DNA of 64,000 nucleotides from Felis catus (GCF_018350175.1 NC_058372.1:97342001-97406000); one strand, 5' to 3'. Counted from the stretch's first letter, positions 36,368-50,379 are shown. The notes: a model not told the origin generated them from the letters alone. Program-made: numbers and translations.

Positions 36368-37190
36368 TTGAGGCTTGTTTCTAAGCTTTGATAGTATGTC
36401 TCAAGTAGCCTTTACTCTAAGACTATTTTACCCTTTCTTCTAAATGTGACCCTTCTAGAGTCTCTACTGAATCCCCTTAGTGTCACCAACTTCTCTCTAC
36501 TCTGTCTGTTCAGAATACTTGTATCTCCCAGCTTTCTGTGGATTGTTCTTTCCCCAGTCTTGTGAAGTTTCACCTTATGCACGTGCAATTTAATATTCAG
36601 CCAAAGATTATAGACATTCTCTATGCAGATATTCTAGAGCTCTGTGTCTGCATAGCTTCCTCTTTTACTGAACTCTGCCATGCAAATCCCAACTGCCTCA
36701 ACTTCCTAGAGCTCTGATCACTGTCTCCTCAACTGATTTAGACTGCTGTGCTGCAGTCTAGAAATTGCCTCTGACAGAAAGCCATGGGAAGTGTAATGCT
36801 TGCTTAACTGGTTTATTTCCCACATCTCAGGGATTGTGTCTTTTGCTACTCATTGTATTATGTCTGGTAGTAGAGGTTTTAAATGTTTTGTCCAGTGTTT
36901 TAGTGCTTAATGGCAGGAAGGCAAAATTGACTTCTAAATACTCTGCTTTGGCCAAAAGGAGAAGTCTCTTAGTTTTTTTTTTTATTGAACTATAATTAAA
37001 ATTTACCATTATATTAGCTTCAGATGAAGCTAATCAACATATTGATTCACAATTCTGTCTATATGTTACTCACTGTTCACCACAGTAAGTGTAGTCACCA
37101 TCTGTCACCAAACATTATTGACTATGTTCCTTATGCCGTACTTCTCATCTTTGTAACTTACTTATTTTATAACTAGAAATTGTACCTCTT

Positions 37191-38889
37191 TTTAAAAAAA
37201 TTTTATTTATTTTATTATCTTTTCAAATTTAAATACAAGTTAGTTAACATATAATGTAATAATGAAATTCAGGAATAGAATTGACTGATTCATCACTTAC
37301 ATATAACATGCAGTGTTCATTCCAACAAGTGCCCTCCTTAATGCCCCTTGGCCGTTTAGCCCATCCCTCTGCCAAACACCCCACCAGCAACCCTCAGTTT
37401 GTTCTCTGTATTTAAGAGTCTCTTATGTTTTTTTTCTCTATTTTTCTTATTTTTACTTCCCTTCCCCTATGGTCATCTGTTTTGTTTCTTAAATTCCACA
37501 TGAAAGAAATCATATGATATTTGTCTTTCTCTGACTGACTTATTTTGCTTAGCATAATACTCTAGTTCCATCCACATTGTTGCAAATGGTAAGATTTCGT
37601 TCTTTTTGATCACCGAGTAATATTCTGTTGTATGTATGTGTGTGTATGTATGTGTATATGTATGTATGTATATATGTGTATATATATGTATATATATATG
37701 TATATATATATATACATATATATACATATATATATATATGTATATATATATATACATATACATGCACACACACACATAGCACATCTTTATCCATTCCTCG
37801 GTCAATTGATGTTTGGGCTTTTACCATACTTTGGCTGTTGTTGATAGTCGTGCTATGAACATTGGGGTGCTTGTGCCCTTTTGAATCAGCACTCCTGTGT
37901 CCTTTGGATAAATACCTAGTAGTGCAATTTCTGGGTCGTAGGGTAGTTCTATTTTTAATTTTTTGAGGAACTTCCAAATTATTTTCCAGAGGGGCTGCAC
38001 CAGTTTGCATTCCCACCAGGTGCAAAAGGGTTCCTCTTTTCTGCATCCTCGCCAATGTCTACTGTTGCCTGAGTTGTTAATTTTAGCCATTCTGACAGGT
38101 GTGAGGTGGTATCTCATTGTGGTTTTGATTTCTCTTTCCCTGATGATGAGTGATGTTGAGCATTTTTTCATGTGTCAGCCATCTGGATGTCTTCTTTGGA
38201 GAAGTGTCTATTCATGTCTTTTGCCCATTTCTTCACTGGATTGTTTTTTGGATGTTGAGTTTGATAAGTTCTTTATAGATTTTGGATACTAACTCTTTAT
38301 CTGATGTCTTTTGTAAGTATCTTCTCCCATTCCGTTGTTTGCCTTTTAGTTTTGCTGATTTTTTCCTTTGCCATGCAGAAGCCTTTTATCTTGATGAGGT
38401 CCAGTAGTTCATTTTTGCTTTTGTTTTCCTTGCCTCTGGATACATGTCAAATAAGTTGCTGTGGCTGTGGTCAAAGAGGTTGTTGCCTGTTTTCTCTTCT
38501 AGGATTTTGACAGTTTCCTATCTTACATTTAGGCCTTTTATCCATTTTGAGTTTATTTTTGTGTATGGTGTAAGAAAGTGGTCCAGGTTCATTCTTCTGC
38601 ACATGGCTGTCCAGTTTTCCCAATACTGTTTGCTGAAGAGACTGTCTTTTTTCTACTGGATATTCTTTCCTGCTTTGTCAGAGACTAGTTGTCTATATGT
38701 TTATGGGTCCATTTCTGGGTTTTCTGTTCTGTTCCATTGATCTATGTGTCTGTTTTTGTGCCAGTACTATACTGTCTTGATGATTACAGCTTTGTAATAC
38801 AGCTTAAAGCCCGGAATTGTGATGCTTCCAGCTTTGGTTTTCTTTTCAACATTACTTTGGCTATTCGGGGTCTTTTCTGATTCCATACG
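37191..38889 (-). mobile_element. 5'-truncated younger L1 (1.7 kb) with a (TA/TG)n tract at 37630-37777
   Basis: ORF2 C-terminal peptide ([15 protein letters not shown]); TSD gaaatt(t)gtacctctt at 37176-37190 and 38890-38905. Confidence 0.92.
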
Positions 38890-39427
38890 GAAATTTGTAC
38901 CTCTTAATCCTCTTTATCTATTTCACCTGCCAAGAACCATCAGTTTGTTCTCTGTATTTAGGAGTCTGTTTAATTTTTGTTTCTTTATTCATTTGTCTTT
39001 TAGATTACATGTATAAGTGAAATTATATGGTATTTGTCTTTCTCTGACTTATTTCACTTAGCATAATGAAGGTCCGTCCATATTGTTGCAAATGGTGAGA
39101 TTTCATTCTTTTTTTTCTGGCTGAGTAATATTCCATTGTGTACATCTACCATATCTTCTTTATCCATTCATCTATTGAAGGACATTTGAGTTGCTTCCAT
39201 ATCTTGGCTATTGTAAACAATGCTGCAGTGAACACAGGGCTGCATATCTTTTTGAATGAATGTTTTTGTTTTCTTTTGGTAAATACCCAGTAGTGGGATT
39301 ACTGAATAGTAGTATGCTATTTCTATTTTTAATTTTTTGAGGAAACTCCATACTGTTTTCCATAGTGGCTACACCAATTTACATTCCTGTCAGCAAGATT
39401 CCTTTTTCTCCACATCCTTGCCAATAT

Positions 39428-39611
39428 TTTTCCTTCCTTCCTTCCTTCCTTCCTTCCTTCCTTCCTTCCTTCCTTCCTTCCTTCCTTCCCTCCTTTCTCT
39501 CCCTCTCTTTCTTTTCTTTTGTAGGCTCCATGCTAAACATGTGGCTTAAACTCCTGACCCTGAGATTAAGAGTCACGTGTTCTACCAACTGAGCAAGCTG
39601 GCCAGGCATCC
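39428..39611 (-). mobile_element. Short old CanSINE whose tail has become a (TTCC)n microsatellite
   Basis: Head at 39520-39611; pure (ttcc)n at ~39430-39489 occupies the tail position. Confidence 0.75.
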
Positions 39612-39911
39612 GAGTTATTTCTTGTGTTTTTGATTCTAGCCATTCTGACAAGATGTAAGGTGATGTCTCATTGTGGTTTTGAATTACATTTTTCTGATGA
39701 TGAGTGATATTGAGCAGTCTGTTGCCTGTCTGTATGTCTTATTTGGAAAAATGTCTTTTCAGGTCCTCTCTCCATCTTTTAATCAGATTACATGGGGCTT
39801 TTTGGTTTTGAGTCATATAAATTCTTTATATATTTTGGATATTAACCTCTTATCAGATAAGTCATTTGCAAATTATCTTTTCCCATTCAGTAGGTTGCCT
39901 TTTCACTTTTT

Positions 39912-40128
39912 TTTTTTTCCAAGTTTTTTTTTTATTTATTTTTGGGACAGAGAGAGACAGAGCATGAACGGGGCGGGGGCAGAGAGAGAGGGAGACACAG
40001 AATTGGAAACAGGCTCCAGGCTCCGAGCCATCAGCCCAGAGCCTGATGCGGGGCTCGAACTCACGGACCACAAGATCGTGACCTGGCTGAAGTCGGACGC
40101 TTAACCGACTGTGCCACCCAGGCGCCCC
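39912..40128 (-). mobile_element. Young CanSINE (SINEC_Fc)
   Basis: Perfect TSD tgccttttcacttttt. Confidence 0.95.
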
Positions 40129-40265
40129 TGCCTTTTCACTTTTTAATGGTTTCCATCATCTTAGCTTTTAATTGTAAAGAAGAAGACAGGATATTTTGTA
40201 ATTTAGGAGCTCAGAGCCATATTTTTTTTTTTTACAGATACTTTAAAAATATAAATAGGATAACT

Positions 40266-40479
40266 TTTTTAAAAAACTTTTTTATTTACTTATTTTGAGA
40301 GAAACACAGATATCATGAAAGGGGGAGGGGCAGAGAGCAAGGGAGAGAAAATCCCAAGCAGGCTCTGCATTGCCAGTGTAGAGCCCGACATGGGGCTTGA
40401 ACTCATGGAAATGTGAAATTGTGACCTGAGCTGAAACCAAGAGTTGGATACAGAACTGACCAAGTCACCCAGGTGCCTC
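40266..40479 (-). mobile_element. CanSINE
   Basis: TSD aggataact. Confidence 0.9.
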
Positions 40480-40823
40480 AGGATAACTATTTTTAAGAAG
40501 CAGTGATGGGAACATCTTTCCCATATTTAGAGGAATCATTAAGTAAATGATGGTACAGTCACATGAGGGGATATTATAGTATACTTACTTGGAATGATAT
40601 TTTTAAAAAGATTTTAATAATGTATAATAATGTTCACAGATAATTTGAGTGAAAAAATATGATGCAAGAGTATATCCAGTACTCTTAACTGTGAAAGTAA
40701 TGTACATGTACATGAATAGAAAACTACTGGAAATAAATACCTCAAAATATAGCTAGAACTTATTTCTGAAGAGTTAGATTATAGATAATTTACATTTTCT
40801 CTGTTAGACTTTTCGAAGATTTC

Positions 40824-41034
40824 TTTTTTTAAAAAATGTTTATTTATTTTGAGAGAGAAAGATAGAGAACGAGCAGAGGAGGGGCAGAGAGAGGGGGAGA
40901 CAGAGAATCCCAAGCAGGCTCTGCTCTGTCATTGCAGAGCCTGATGTGGGGCTTGAACCCACAAACCATGAGATCATGACCTGAGCTGAAATCAAGAGTT
41001 GAACACTTAACTGACTGAGCCACCCAGGCATCCC
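40824..41034 (-). mobile_element. CanSINE
   Basis: TSD acttttc(g/t)aaga. Confidence 0.9.
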
Positions 41035-41092
41035 TTACTTTTCTAAGAATTCTAACATTAGACTTTTCTGGAATGATCTTGTATTATTTTTT

Positions 41093-41307
41093 GTTTATTT
41101 TTCTTTTTCATATTTTTAAAATTTATTTTGAGATAGGGATAGAGAGAGTGTGAGCGGGGGAGGGGCAGAGAGGTAGGGAGAGAGAGAATCCTAAGCAGAC
41201 TCTGCACTGTTAGCACAGACCTTGATGCAGGGCTTGAATTTATGAACAGTGAGATCATGAGCTGAGCCGAATTCAGATACTTAACCGACTGAACCCCCCA
41301 GGTGCAC
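41093..41307 (-). mobile_element. CanSINE
   Basis: TSD cttgtattatttttt. Confidence 0.9.
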
Positions 41308-41619
41308 CTTGTATTATTTTTTATAATAAAACCCATTCTTTTAGCAGGTAAATTTTTGTCTACCCTTCTTAGGAAGTCAGCAGATCTGGGTAGGACTATT
41401 CACATTCAGGGTTAAGGAATTAGCAAAAAGCAAAATGGAATGAACATAGGTCCTATGTACAGAGGCTATTATTAAAAGAGTGAAATGGTGGGCATAGGAA
41501 GGAAACAGCAGGAGCAAACAGGAGAGGTAGACACGCATTAATAAGTAAAAGCACATGAAGAGTATACTTCCGAAGAACTACCTAAGGAAACGGGAGACTT
41601 TTGTGGATAAAACTATATG

Positions 41620-41880
<261 letters not shown>

Positions 41881-42321
41881 ATACCTTTACTATATTTTAA
41901 AAGAAATTATAAAGAAGTTATGGGTACCAGTGAAATAAGAGGACAGGTAAAGTAGCTGCAAAATTAGATGGAAAGTGAGGTGGCAGAGCTAAGAAAATAG
42001 AGTGAGGGTAGACACATTAAAAAAGTGAAAAGCATCTTAGGAAAAACAAGTTAAAGGATTGAAACTGCTAAAAATAAAATTAGTGATAAATAGACTCAAC
42101 TTATGGAAAAGTCACACAAAGTGTAGCTAGAATAGTCAGAGATAAAACAATTACAGTGAAAATGCTAGACATGGAAAGCAGACAACAGATCAATCATTCA
42201 CATAATTCATATTTCTGCAAGAGAAAAATAAAGATAAAATAGAGGGGTAACATATTTTTCTGATGCATAACTGAATTTCAAGGATAAAGAAAGAGTCATA
42301 CAGTTAAATAGAAGAAAAGTT

Positions 42322-42422
42322 GGGGAGCTGGGTGACTCAGTGGTTTGGGCATCTGACTCTTGATTTTGGCTCATTTTATGATCTGGTAGTCATGAGATTG
42401 AGCCCTGCAACAGGCCTGCTTG

Positions 42423-42470
<48 letters not shown>

Positions 42471-42610
42471 TCTCCCTCTCTCCCTCTCTCCCTCTCTCCC
42501 TCTCTCCCTCTCTCCCTTTCTCTCTCCTTTTCTCTCCCTCTCTCCCTCCCTCTGTCCCTCTTCCCTGCTCTCTCTCTCTCAAAATAAATAAATGAACATT
42601 AAAAAAAAAA
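42322..42610 (+). mobile_element. CanSINE with an expanded CT tract
   Basis: ctgggtgactcagtggttt...~150 bp CT-rich...aaaataaataaa. Confidence 0.88.
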
Positions 42611-43179
42611 GATGTGCCTTCTTGTTAGCCAAGGTGTCACGAAAATTTAAGCCTGCAGATACATATTTTTGGATATGTGGTATCGTAGGATTTATAGAAC
42701 TCATGAAACTTCTTGAACAAACTACTTTAAGTCAGAATTAATAACTTTTAAATGGAGATATTAGAGTAATAAAACATTGGTGGTGGTCATTGAATCTGGT
42801 TAAATATTGTCTTTTTTATGGTCTGTAAGTCAGTAAAATTTTCTTTGTGTCAGGTGGGAACTTCTGTAATTGAGTTAATTATAGAATGCCAAAGAATATA
42901 GAAAAGGGGCCCCAAACCACACCAGCAGTTTGAGTGGAGTAGATGGTACATGTCAGGAGTATTTCCAAAGAACAAGTGATACTTAAATTAAAACTTAGAA
43001 ATCAAATAAAAATTACCAGGCAAAGTGGGAAAGGGCATTCATCATGGAGGAAAACACCACATGGAAAAGAAACACAAGCATGAGAATTACAGATTAAAAA
43101 TTTTGTGATTAGTAATTCTTTGAGATTTTTATAACATAACAACTATTACAGTCTTCTCTTTGCTTGAAAGTTGAAAATT

Positions 43180-43351
43180 AATTAATTAATTTTTGAGGGC
43201 GGGGAGGAATAGATGGAAAGAGAATCTTAAGCAGGCTCCACACCTAGTGCAGAGCCCGACGTGGGGCTCCATCTCATGACCCTGGGATCATGACCTGAGC
43301 CAAAATCAATGTGAGTTGGCCGCTTAACCGACCTGAGCCACCCAAGCACCC
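43180..43351 (-). mobile_element. CanSINE
   Basis: gaatcttaagcaggctcc...gatcatgacctgagcc...gagccacccaagcaccc. Confidence 0.88.
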
Positions 43352-43423
43352 ACTTGCAAATATATTTAAAAGTCAGATCCCCACCCCCACCCCCACCCCA
43401 TAAAAGAATATGTATTGCATGTA

Positions 43424-43743
43424 GGGTAGTTCCTTGTTACCCACAGTTTGACTTGCTACAGTTTCAGTTACCTGAGGATCCCCCTTGGTCTGGAAGCAGA
43501 TGATCCTCCTTCTGACCTGTTGTCAGAGGTCAATAGTAACCTAACACCACGTCACATTGCCTTTGTCACTCACTTACTTCATCGTATCATGTAGGCATTT
43601 TATCATCTCACTTCACAAGAAGGATGAATATAGTAGAATAAGATATTTTGAGAGAGAGACCATAACCACATAATGTTCATTACAGTGTATTGTTGTAAAT
43701 CTCTTACTATGTCTAATTTATAATTTAAACTTTATCTTAGGTA

Positions 43744-43789
<46 letters not shown>

Positions 43790-43894
43790 AAACATAGGAT
43801 ATATAGGGTACTATATATATATAGGGTACTATCTGCAGTTTTAGGCATCTTGGACTGTATCCATCACAGATAAGGGGGTGAGGGGAGACTACTG
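43424..43894 (+). mobile_element. MER44/Tigger7-family non-autonomous DNA transposon with internal (TG)n
   Basis: TA flanks; termini gtagt.../...gactactg; internal ggtcaatagtaacctaac...gtaggcattttatcatctcac...aataagatattttgagagagagacca matches recalled MER44. Confidence 0.85.
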
Positions 43895-44197
43895 TAAATT
43901 AAAAAAAATTTAGTATGTAACATTCCCTTATGTATATTAAAGATGGTTAATACTATGATTATTGTGCATGCTTCAAACTTGAAACCCCTTGCTTACTATA
44001 TAACACAATGTCCTGATTTTGCTGATTTAGTCTTAAAGAATCTTTGTTGTGATTTTAATAAAACAGAAGTAATTCTTCTAAGTATATAAACATATAATTG
44101 TGAAAGCATATGTTGGTATCTACATAGCACTATTCTGTAAAATTAAGTATCTGACTTAGTTCCACACTGCAGTATTTTAGATTGTGATAAGCTATAC

Positions 44198-44409
44198 CAG
44201 GGATTGTTAAACTATAGCCAGTGGCCAAATCCACTCTGCCACCTGTTTTTGTAAATAAGATTTTATTGAGAAACTTCATGCTTATTCATTTATGTATTGT
44301 CTGTGACTGTTTTCACAGTACAGTGGCAGAGTTAAGTAGCTGTGGCACTTACGGCCTTCAAATTAAAATATTTACTATCTGCTTTTAACAGAAAGTTTTC
44401 TTATCCCTG
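44198..44409 (+). mobile_element. MER58A (hAT-Charlie)
   Basis: caggg...ccctg termini; 8 bp degenerate TSD agctatac/atttatac; internal cctgtttttgtaaataa...aaaatatttactatctg. Confidence 0.85.
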
Positions 44410-44809
44410 ATTTATACAACATGCAAAGGAAAGAGAGATAAGTGTTTAAAATAACATATGTTATAGCACTTTTTTTCTGTGAAGAGTGACTTTTTTATGT
44501 GGTGGAAATCCTGTGTCAGCATAGATTCATTTTTAAATCTTGCAGAAAGTGTCATTTTAAGAATTTGCTGTATAAATGGTTGATAGAAGGGAGGAAGCTT
44601 CTGGTGAACCAAAAGACAAGACAGTGGCTCAGTATCAATTTCAAATAATTTGATAAGTTGAGAAATACCAGTTTTGTTAGGATCAACTTTCTTAGAAATA
44701 TCTTCAATTTTTACATTTAAGACAATAATATCTTAAATGCGCATTCATTGTATAATATACATTGAACATAATTTTGTGTTGTAAACATTATTTAAATCAT
44801 TGTGGTTGA

Positions 44810-45094
44810 GGGGTGCCTGGGCGGTTCAGTTGGTTAAGTGTCCAACTCTTGATTTTGGCTCAGATCATGATCTCACTGTTCATGGAATTGAGCCCCACAA
44901 AGGGCTCTGTGCTGACAGTGCAGATCCTGCTTGGGGTTCTTGTTCTCTCTGTCTCTCTGTCTCTCTCTCTCTTTCTCTCTCTCTCCCCTCCCCCCATCCA
45001 GCTTGTATGTGTGTAGTGTGTGTGAGCTTTCTCTTAGTCTCTCTCTTTCAAAAAAAAATTAAAAAAAATATATATATACATAATTTAAAAAATG
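44810..45094 (+). mobile_element. CanSINE
   Basis: TSD aaatc(a/t)ttgtggttga. Confidence 0.92.
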
Positions 45095-45439
45095 AAATCT
45101 TTGTGGTTGAAAGCAAGGGACCAATTGATATTTTGAGAAGAGTAGTTTCTTAGGTTAATTTCAGCTAGACACTATTATTGGCTTTCTTGATTCATGGATT
45201 GCCTGGCAAGCATTGTTGCTTTTCTCATCTGATCAAATTCCAGCCATCTATGGTATTTTGGACAGCTGTTTTATATTTGGGTAAAAATCTGTCTCTTTAC
45301 TCCATCACTTAAACTTAGATACATCATTGTGTCTGATGCATTCCATAATGAGCCCTTAAAGAGATAAATGCTATTCATACTTTTTAGAGTTAAAAAATAA
45401 TTTTCCATGTGATTTTATTAACTTTCTTTTATAATTTTC

Positions 45440-45565
45440 TTTCTTTCTTTTTTTTTTTTTAAAGATTTTATTTTTAAGTAATCTTTCCACTGAACAGGGA
45501 GCTCGAACTAACAACCCCAAGATCAGGAGTCGTGTGCTCTACTGACAGAGCCAGCCAGGCATCCC
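45440..45565 (-). mobile_element. Short old CanSINE
   Basis: Same type as 35306-35421. Confidence 0.85.
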
Positions 45566-48500
45566 TTTTTATGATTTCCTTAATCATTTTAACAATGTGG
45601 ACAGATCTAAAATAATCTCCCCATGGGAAATGTTCCTGTGTAGTATTGTATGTAGTGTTTTGCTATATGGTGATAGATTCTGTTGTCAGTAATGTGGCAT
45701 TTTAACTTTCATTCACACTAATGTTTTAGCAAACTATCTTCTTTGTTAAGTTTTTAAATTTCTATTTACAATTAAATGATTAGAAAAGAAATGAGTTAGG
45801 TGTTTAATAGATTATGAAAATCACACCTGTAAGCTGGTCAGAAATAACCAACAAGGCATTCTGCAGTATAATTTTCTCTTTGATGAATATTAGATTACTA
45901 AATTATCAAAAAATAAGATACTAGCATTAACTTATAAATATGAATTTTCCTTTTCCTGATAAAGAGTTGTCCATTGGGAAAGCATCATAATCTGATTTGG
46001 TTTAACATTTGTTGGGTTTAACTATGCAACAAATAAAAATACTTTATAATCTAAAGTAGTAATGGTTTTATTATTATGATTTTTATAATATTTTTTAATG
46101 TTCAGGCAATAACTTTATTTCTTCTACTTGGTTGTTAATGTTTCTCAGTTGTTACGCATCCTTTATCTAAAACTGCCCACTCCCCTCAAAATGCTGAGTA
46201 TTAGCTTTTGTTTTTGTTTCCTGAGGACTTTTTTTTCCTAAGAAATCTTACGTCTATAGTGAACTCTGAGAATATTCCGGTATTGTGTGATTTCTAGTTA
46301 CAAACTTAAAAAAAAATTGTTTATAACCCTCAGGTAAAACACTTTAATGCTCAGACTGCCCAGCTACCTGCATTGGGATTTATAGATTTGTTAAGTGTAT
46401 ATTTGCCATTTCTTCCTGCCATAATTTTCATTTCATTGGTGAAATTGATTTGTCAGTTTGTTCATTATAACTTTCAATACTAGAGATTTCAGAGGGCTAA
46501 GTAGTCAGAATCAGCTCTTGAGGTCAGTGTCAACTCCACTGACTGACCTCCACTATGTTGTCACCTGAGTCAGTGTAGCAAGGATTAACTCTTTGTTAGT
46601 GTGATAATGTCTTTACTTAGGAGTTAGGTTTTTATCCCTTAAAGATTGAAAGAAACAAAATGTGGAAAAGTAATAGACTGAAGTCCAGAATTGAAAAGAG
46701 CTGTGACTTTCCCCCATAAACCACTAAAGTGTTCATTTGAACTTTAGTATTTAATGTTTTAAGATACAAAAATGAGTCATTGACTTACAAAACATTCCTA
46801 TAATTTGCCAAATTTTAGGCTAAAGAAATTAACGAAATCTATTTTCATATACCTATTTCCTATATGTTTGAGAAAATATATTTAAGCAAATTGGCTATAG
46901 TAATAGGCATTAAACTTTGTGACAGTATTTTTGTGCTGTGTCCTTGAAATAAATAAATATCTAGACTAAAAGTTATTGTAATGTGGATTTAAAATGTAAT
47001 TCTTGTTCATCTTGATAGCAGAATGTACACCTTATATTAGTCATGGCCTACCTATGGAAAAGTGATTTTGGGTGTATGCCTTTTAAAATAATATTTTCTG
47101 TAATTGTCTTACATAAAACGAAAACATAGATTTCCCATGAAATATATAAATGATACATTTATATTTATGTAATCAGAAATAAAATATATAGATGATATAT
47201 TTATCAAACTGGACTACAGCAGGCTATTGCTTATGTGTAAAATATAGACTGTTAGGTCTTGAATTCTCTTCTCTTAGAATAATAAATAGTTATTTTTGGC
47301 TAAATTACAAGAAATCAATTCTCTAATGGTAAAAATGGTTGAAAGGAAGTGTGTCTTAAATATGAATTAGTTGTTTGACTCATGAGATAAATTAGTTTAA
47401 TTACACGTGGCAATTTTCTTGGCTAGTGATGTAATGTGAAATAAAATTCTCCCTTTCCCCTCCCTGAAAACTCAAACCAATTAATAGAACTTTTAAGCTC
47501 TTTGTCATAGGCCACCGTGGAGGTCTGCAGAGAAGAACTTTAATCCAATAAACATTTCATTTAGATCATGAAAAGAAAGCATGAGGAGACGCTCCCATAA
47601 GAGAGGGTGTTACTATGATTCCAGCCATGAAGAGATGTGAGGAATTTGCCAAATTAACCAAGAGGTCCTCATATTTAACGCATAAATGTGTCAAAACTAA
47701 CAGAATAATTATTTAATTTGCTTGAACTTTATATTGAGAAAACTCTAAAAAGCCACAACTGTTTGCTTCAAAGCCTTCACTGTTGGGCTGGATGGACAGG
47801 GCAAAGGGAGGTTGTGAGAAATCCAGATAGCAAATAACACTGGCCGAAGCTGGTCAGAAAAGGGAATAGATAATTAGACGTAATTAGCGTGTATGAATTG
47901 TTGTCTCTCTGCCCTTAGCTTGAATAAATTTTGAAGAAAAAACCCTGGTGGTGAAAATCCTTTGATGTAGGAAGAGTCATTGTGGCTTGGCAGCATAAAG
48001 GCAGTGTTTTATACTTCTTACATAATGGTTGTGATACAGAAAGAGTGAATGGACTCAGCACCCCCCTGTCTGCTTTATAGCAAGGACTTTTGGATTCTCT
48101 TGAAACAAAATGCATCACAAGTTTTCAGTTGTTAGTAATGAGGGAGCGGACCTCATCAGTGCTTGGAGGAAGCCATCTTTAGCTTTTGTTTAAATCTTAA
48201 TCACAGTTTTGTGTTTTTTTTCTGGGAAATCTGTTTTCTTAAATCAACACTTCTTTTCCCTCCTTTGCTTGTACCTCCAATAAGAGGAAGGAATAATGAT
48301 CAAGAAAGCTAAACACAAGAGTTCAACAAAAATTATCACATAAAAGACTTATACATTTTTGTGGTTTTAGTCCCATATGAAAAAGATGCTTGTTATATTC
48401 CTTTTTTTGCCTCAGATTGATAAGGTTCCAGGAAAGTGGTTTTATAATAAAATGTATAAAAAACCTATGAGGAATGATTTTAGATTAGTTTTATAAGGAG

Positions 48501-50379
48501 CTTATCTTTCAAATTGAAATTACACAAAGTGAAGTGGTAAATATGTTCTTTTTTCACCATAGTTAAGTTTTTAAATGGAAATCAGCTTGGTTAACAATAT
48601 CACTCAGTAGATTTACTGTAAACTTTACTTATTTGAAGGACATAGTGGAAATATAGGTTTGGGAACCTAGCTCTGTGTGGATATTCTGTGACCACTACTG
48701 ACAAGACAAGAAATTATTCTTGAGAAAGCATTGCATTTATTTTGAAATCTTCAAAGATCTGAAACAATAAATCATCCAAAATGCATTATCAATTTATTAC
48801 CATACTGAATTATGTTCACTTTGTCTAAAATATTTTTAGAAGTTAGTCTTCAGAGAAATTAGCTATTTCAAGACTCTAAATCATGTATTTTTTGGGGAGA
48901 GGGGTGTTGCTGGTATTAAAAGAGTTTTACATATTATCTTTGGTATCAGAATAATACCCCTGAGTTTTATATTTCTGATAGATTTCCACCCTCTTCCATC
49001 AACTATTTTGGTATTACATTAAAAAAAATCTACCCTTTAACTTCTCAGATTTCCTTCTAATTAATATTCTTCTTTTTACATATTTTAATGATAAGACTTT
49101 CTGCAGTAGTCATCAGGATCCATTTCTTAATGTGTAATCTATGAATCTATTTTTATAAGTGTCACTTTGCTTAGTGTATTTTTGTTCTGACGTTTTGATT
49201 CTGGATAGACTTCTTTCAAGCCACAATGCTCTGAGATGCTTTTGGCTACTTAACCCATTTTGCATATTGTGCCATTTGTAGAATAAAGTAGCCTTTTATA
49301 CTTGAAGTTGATTTGAACTCTGAAAGGCAACACCTGAGCATCACACAAAACTGGATAATTATGGCTGATTGTGTTTTTCAGGTATAGGTCACAGGAAATT
49401 CATTTGGGGTAAAGTACGTACAAAGCTAAGAAATATGCAGATTTTCTGTTGTAGGATTGTGTAAAAATTATTTACAGTTAATACTTGCATAAAGGTTAGA
49501 AAGGTTGATGAAGTGATATTTAGTTTTGCTTTACTATTCACTGCATGTCAGAATGTAATTATGACTGATTCATGAAACTGTCTTAGAAACGAAGCATCTT
49601 TATTAAAATGCTGATCAAGATAAGAGCTGACAGTAATAAAGAATAGAACATTTTAGTCTTGTTGCTTTTGAATGATTGCTAATTACCCCAGAGGTCATGT
49701 ATAGTGCTTGGTAGGATTCATTGACATTATTTCTTTTAAGTCTGCTGTTTCAACAACATCTGAGCATGAAGACACAAACTGTGTGCACATTGAACAATAG
49801 TTTGGCCAAGTTTTTGAGGCTTCAAGATATCCAAGAAACCTTTTCCTGCTTTAGTGCATTTAGCTTTTCTCTCTCAAAATTATAGCATACTAGGGGTGCT
49901 TGGTACAAAATATTTTGTATATTCTTTTACTATTGACTGTCTCTACACTTCCCATTTATAAGTTGGTGTTAAATAGTATACACAGGTTATTGAGACAATG
50001 TCCTCTCTGAATATACACATAAACACTTAAAGTAAATAAGAACAACATGTAGATTGGCACTAAAATTAGAATTAATAGAAAGGACTTCTTAATGTATAAT
50101 CAGAATGTACTTCTTACTGTCAATAGTGTTCAGCTTGTTTTTATTAAATGTGAAGTCTGCAATTTGTCTCTAAAGACATGTGGAAGTCCTTAAAGTTATA
50201 GTATTCCTCAGTTAATAATGAATAATGATCATTAGGATTCACATATTATAAAGATATGGTTGATTAACTGAATAAGCTCTGCCATAATACCTAAAATAAC
50301 TTATATCTTTAAAATTCTTAACAACTGAAAGTAGAAGAAACCATACAGTCCTATCACATATTTATGTGGTTTCCATGAT

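Larger units (their letters stand above)
36973..40160 (-). mobile_element. Older L1 3' fragment hosting a younger L1 and two SINEs
   Basis: T tail at 36973; 3' UTR sequence breaks at 37190 and resumes at about 38906. Confidence 0.8.

Noticed and set aside
37473..38055. Low-complexity Y/I/H/V-rich ORFs (also 20665-20904 and 31677-31859)
   Set aside because: Translations of (TA)/(TG)/(CA) microsatellites.
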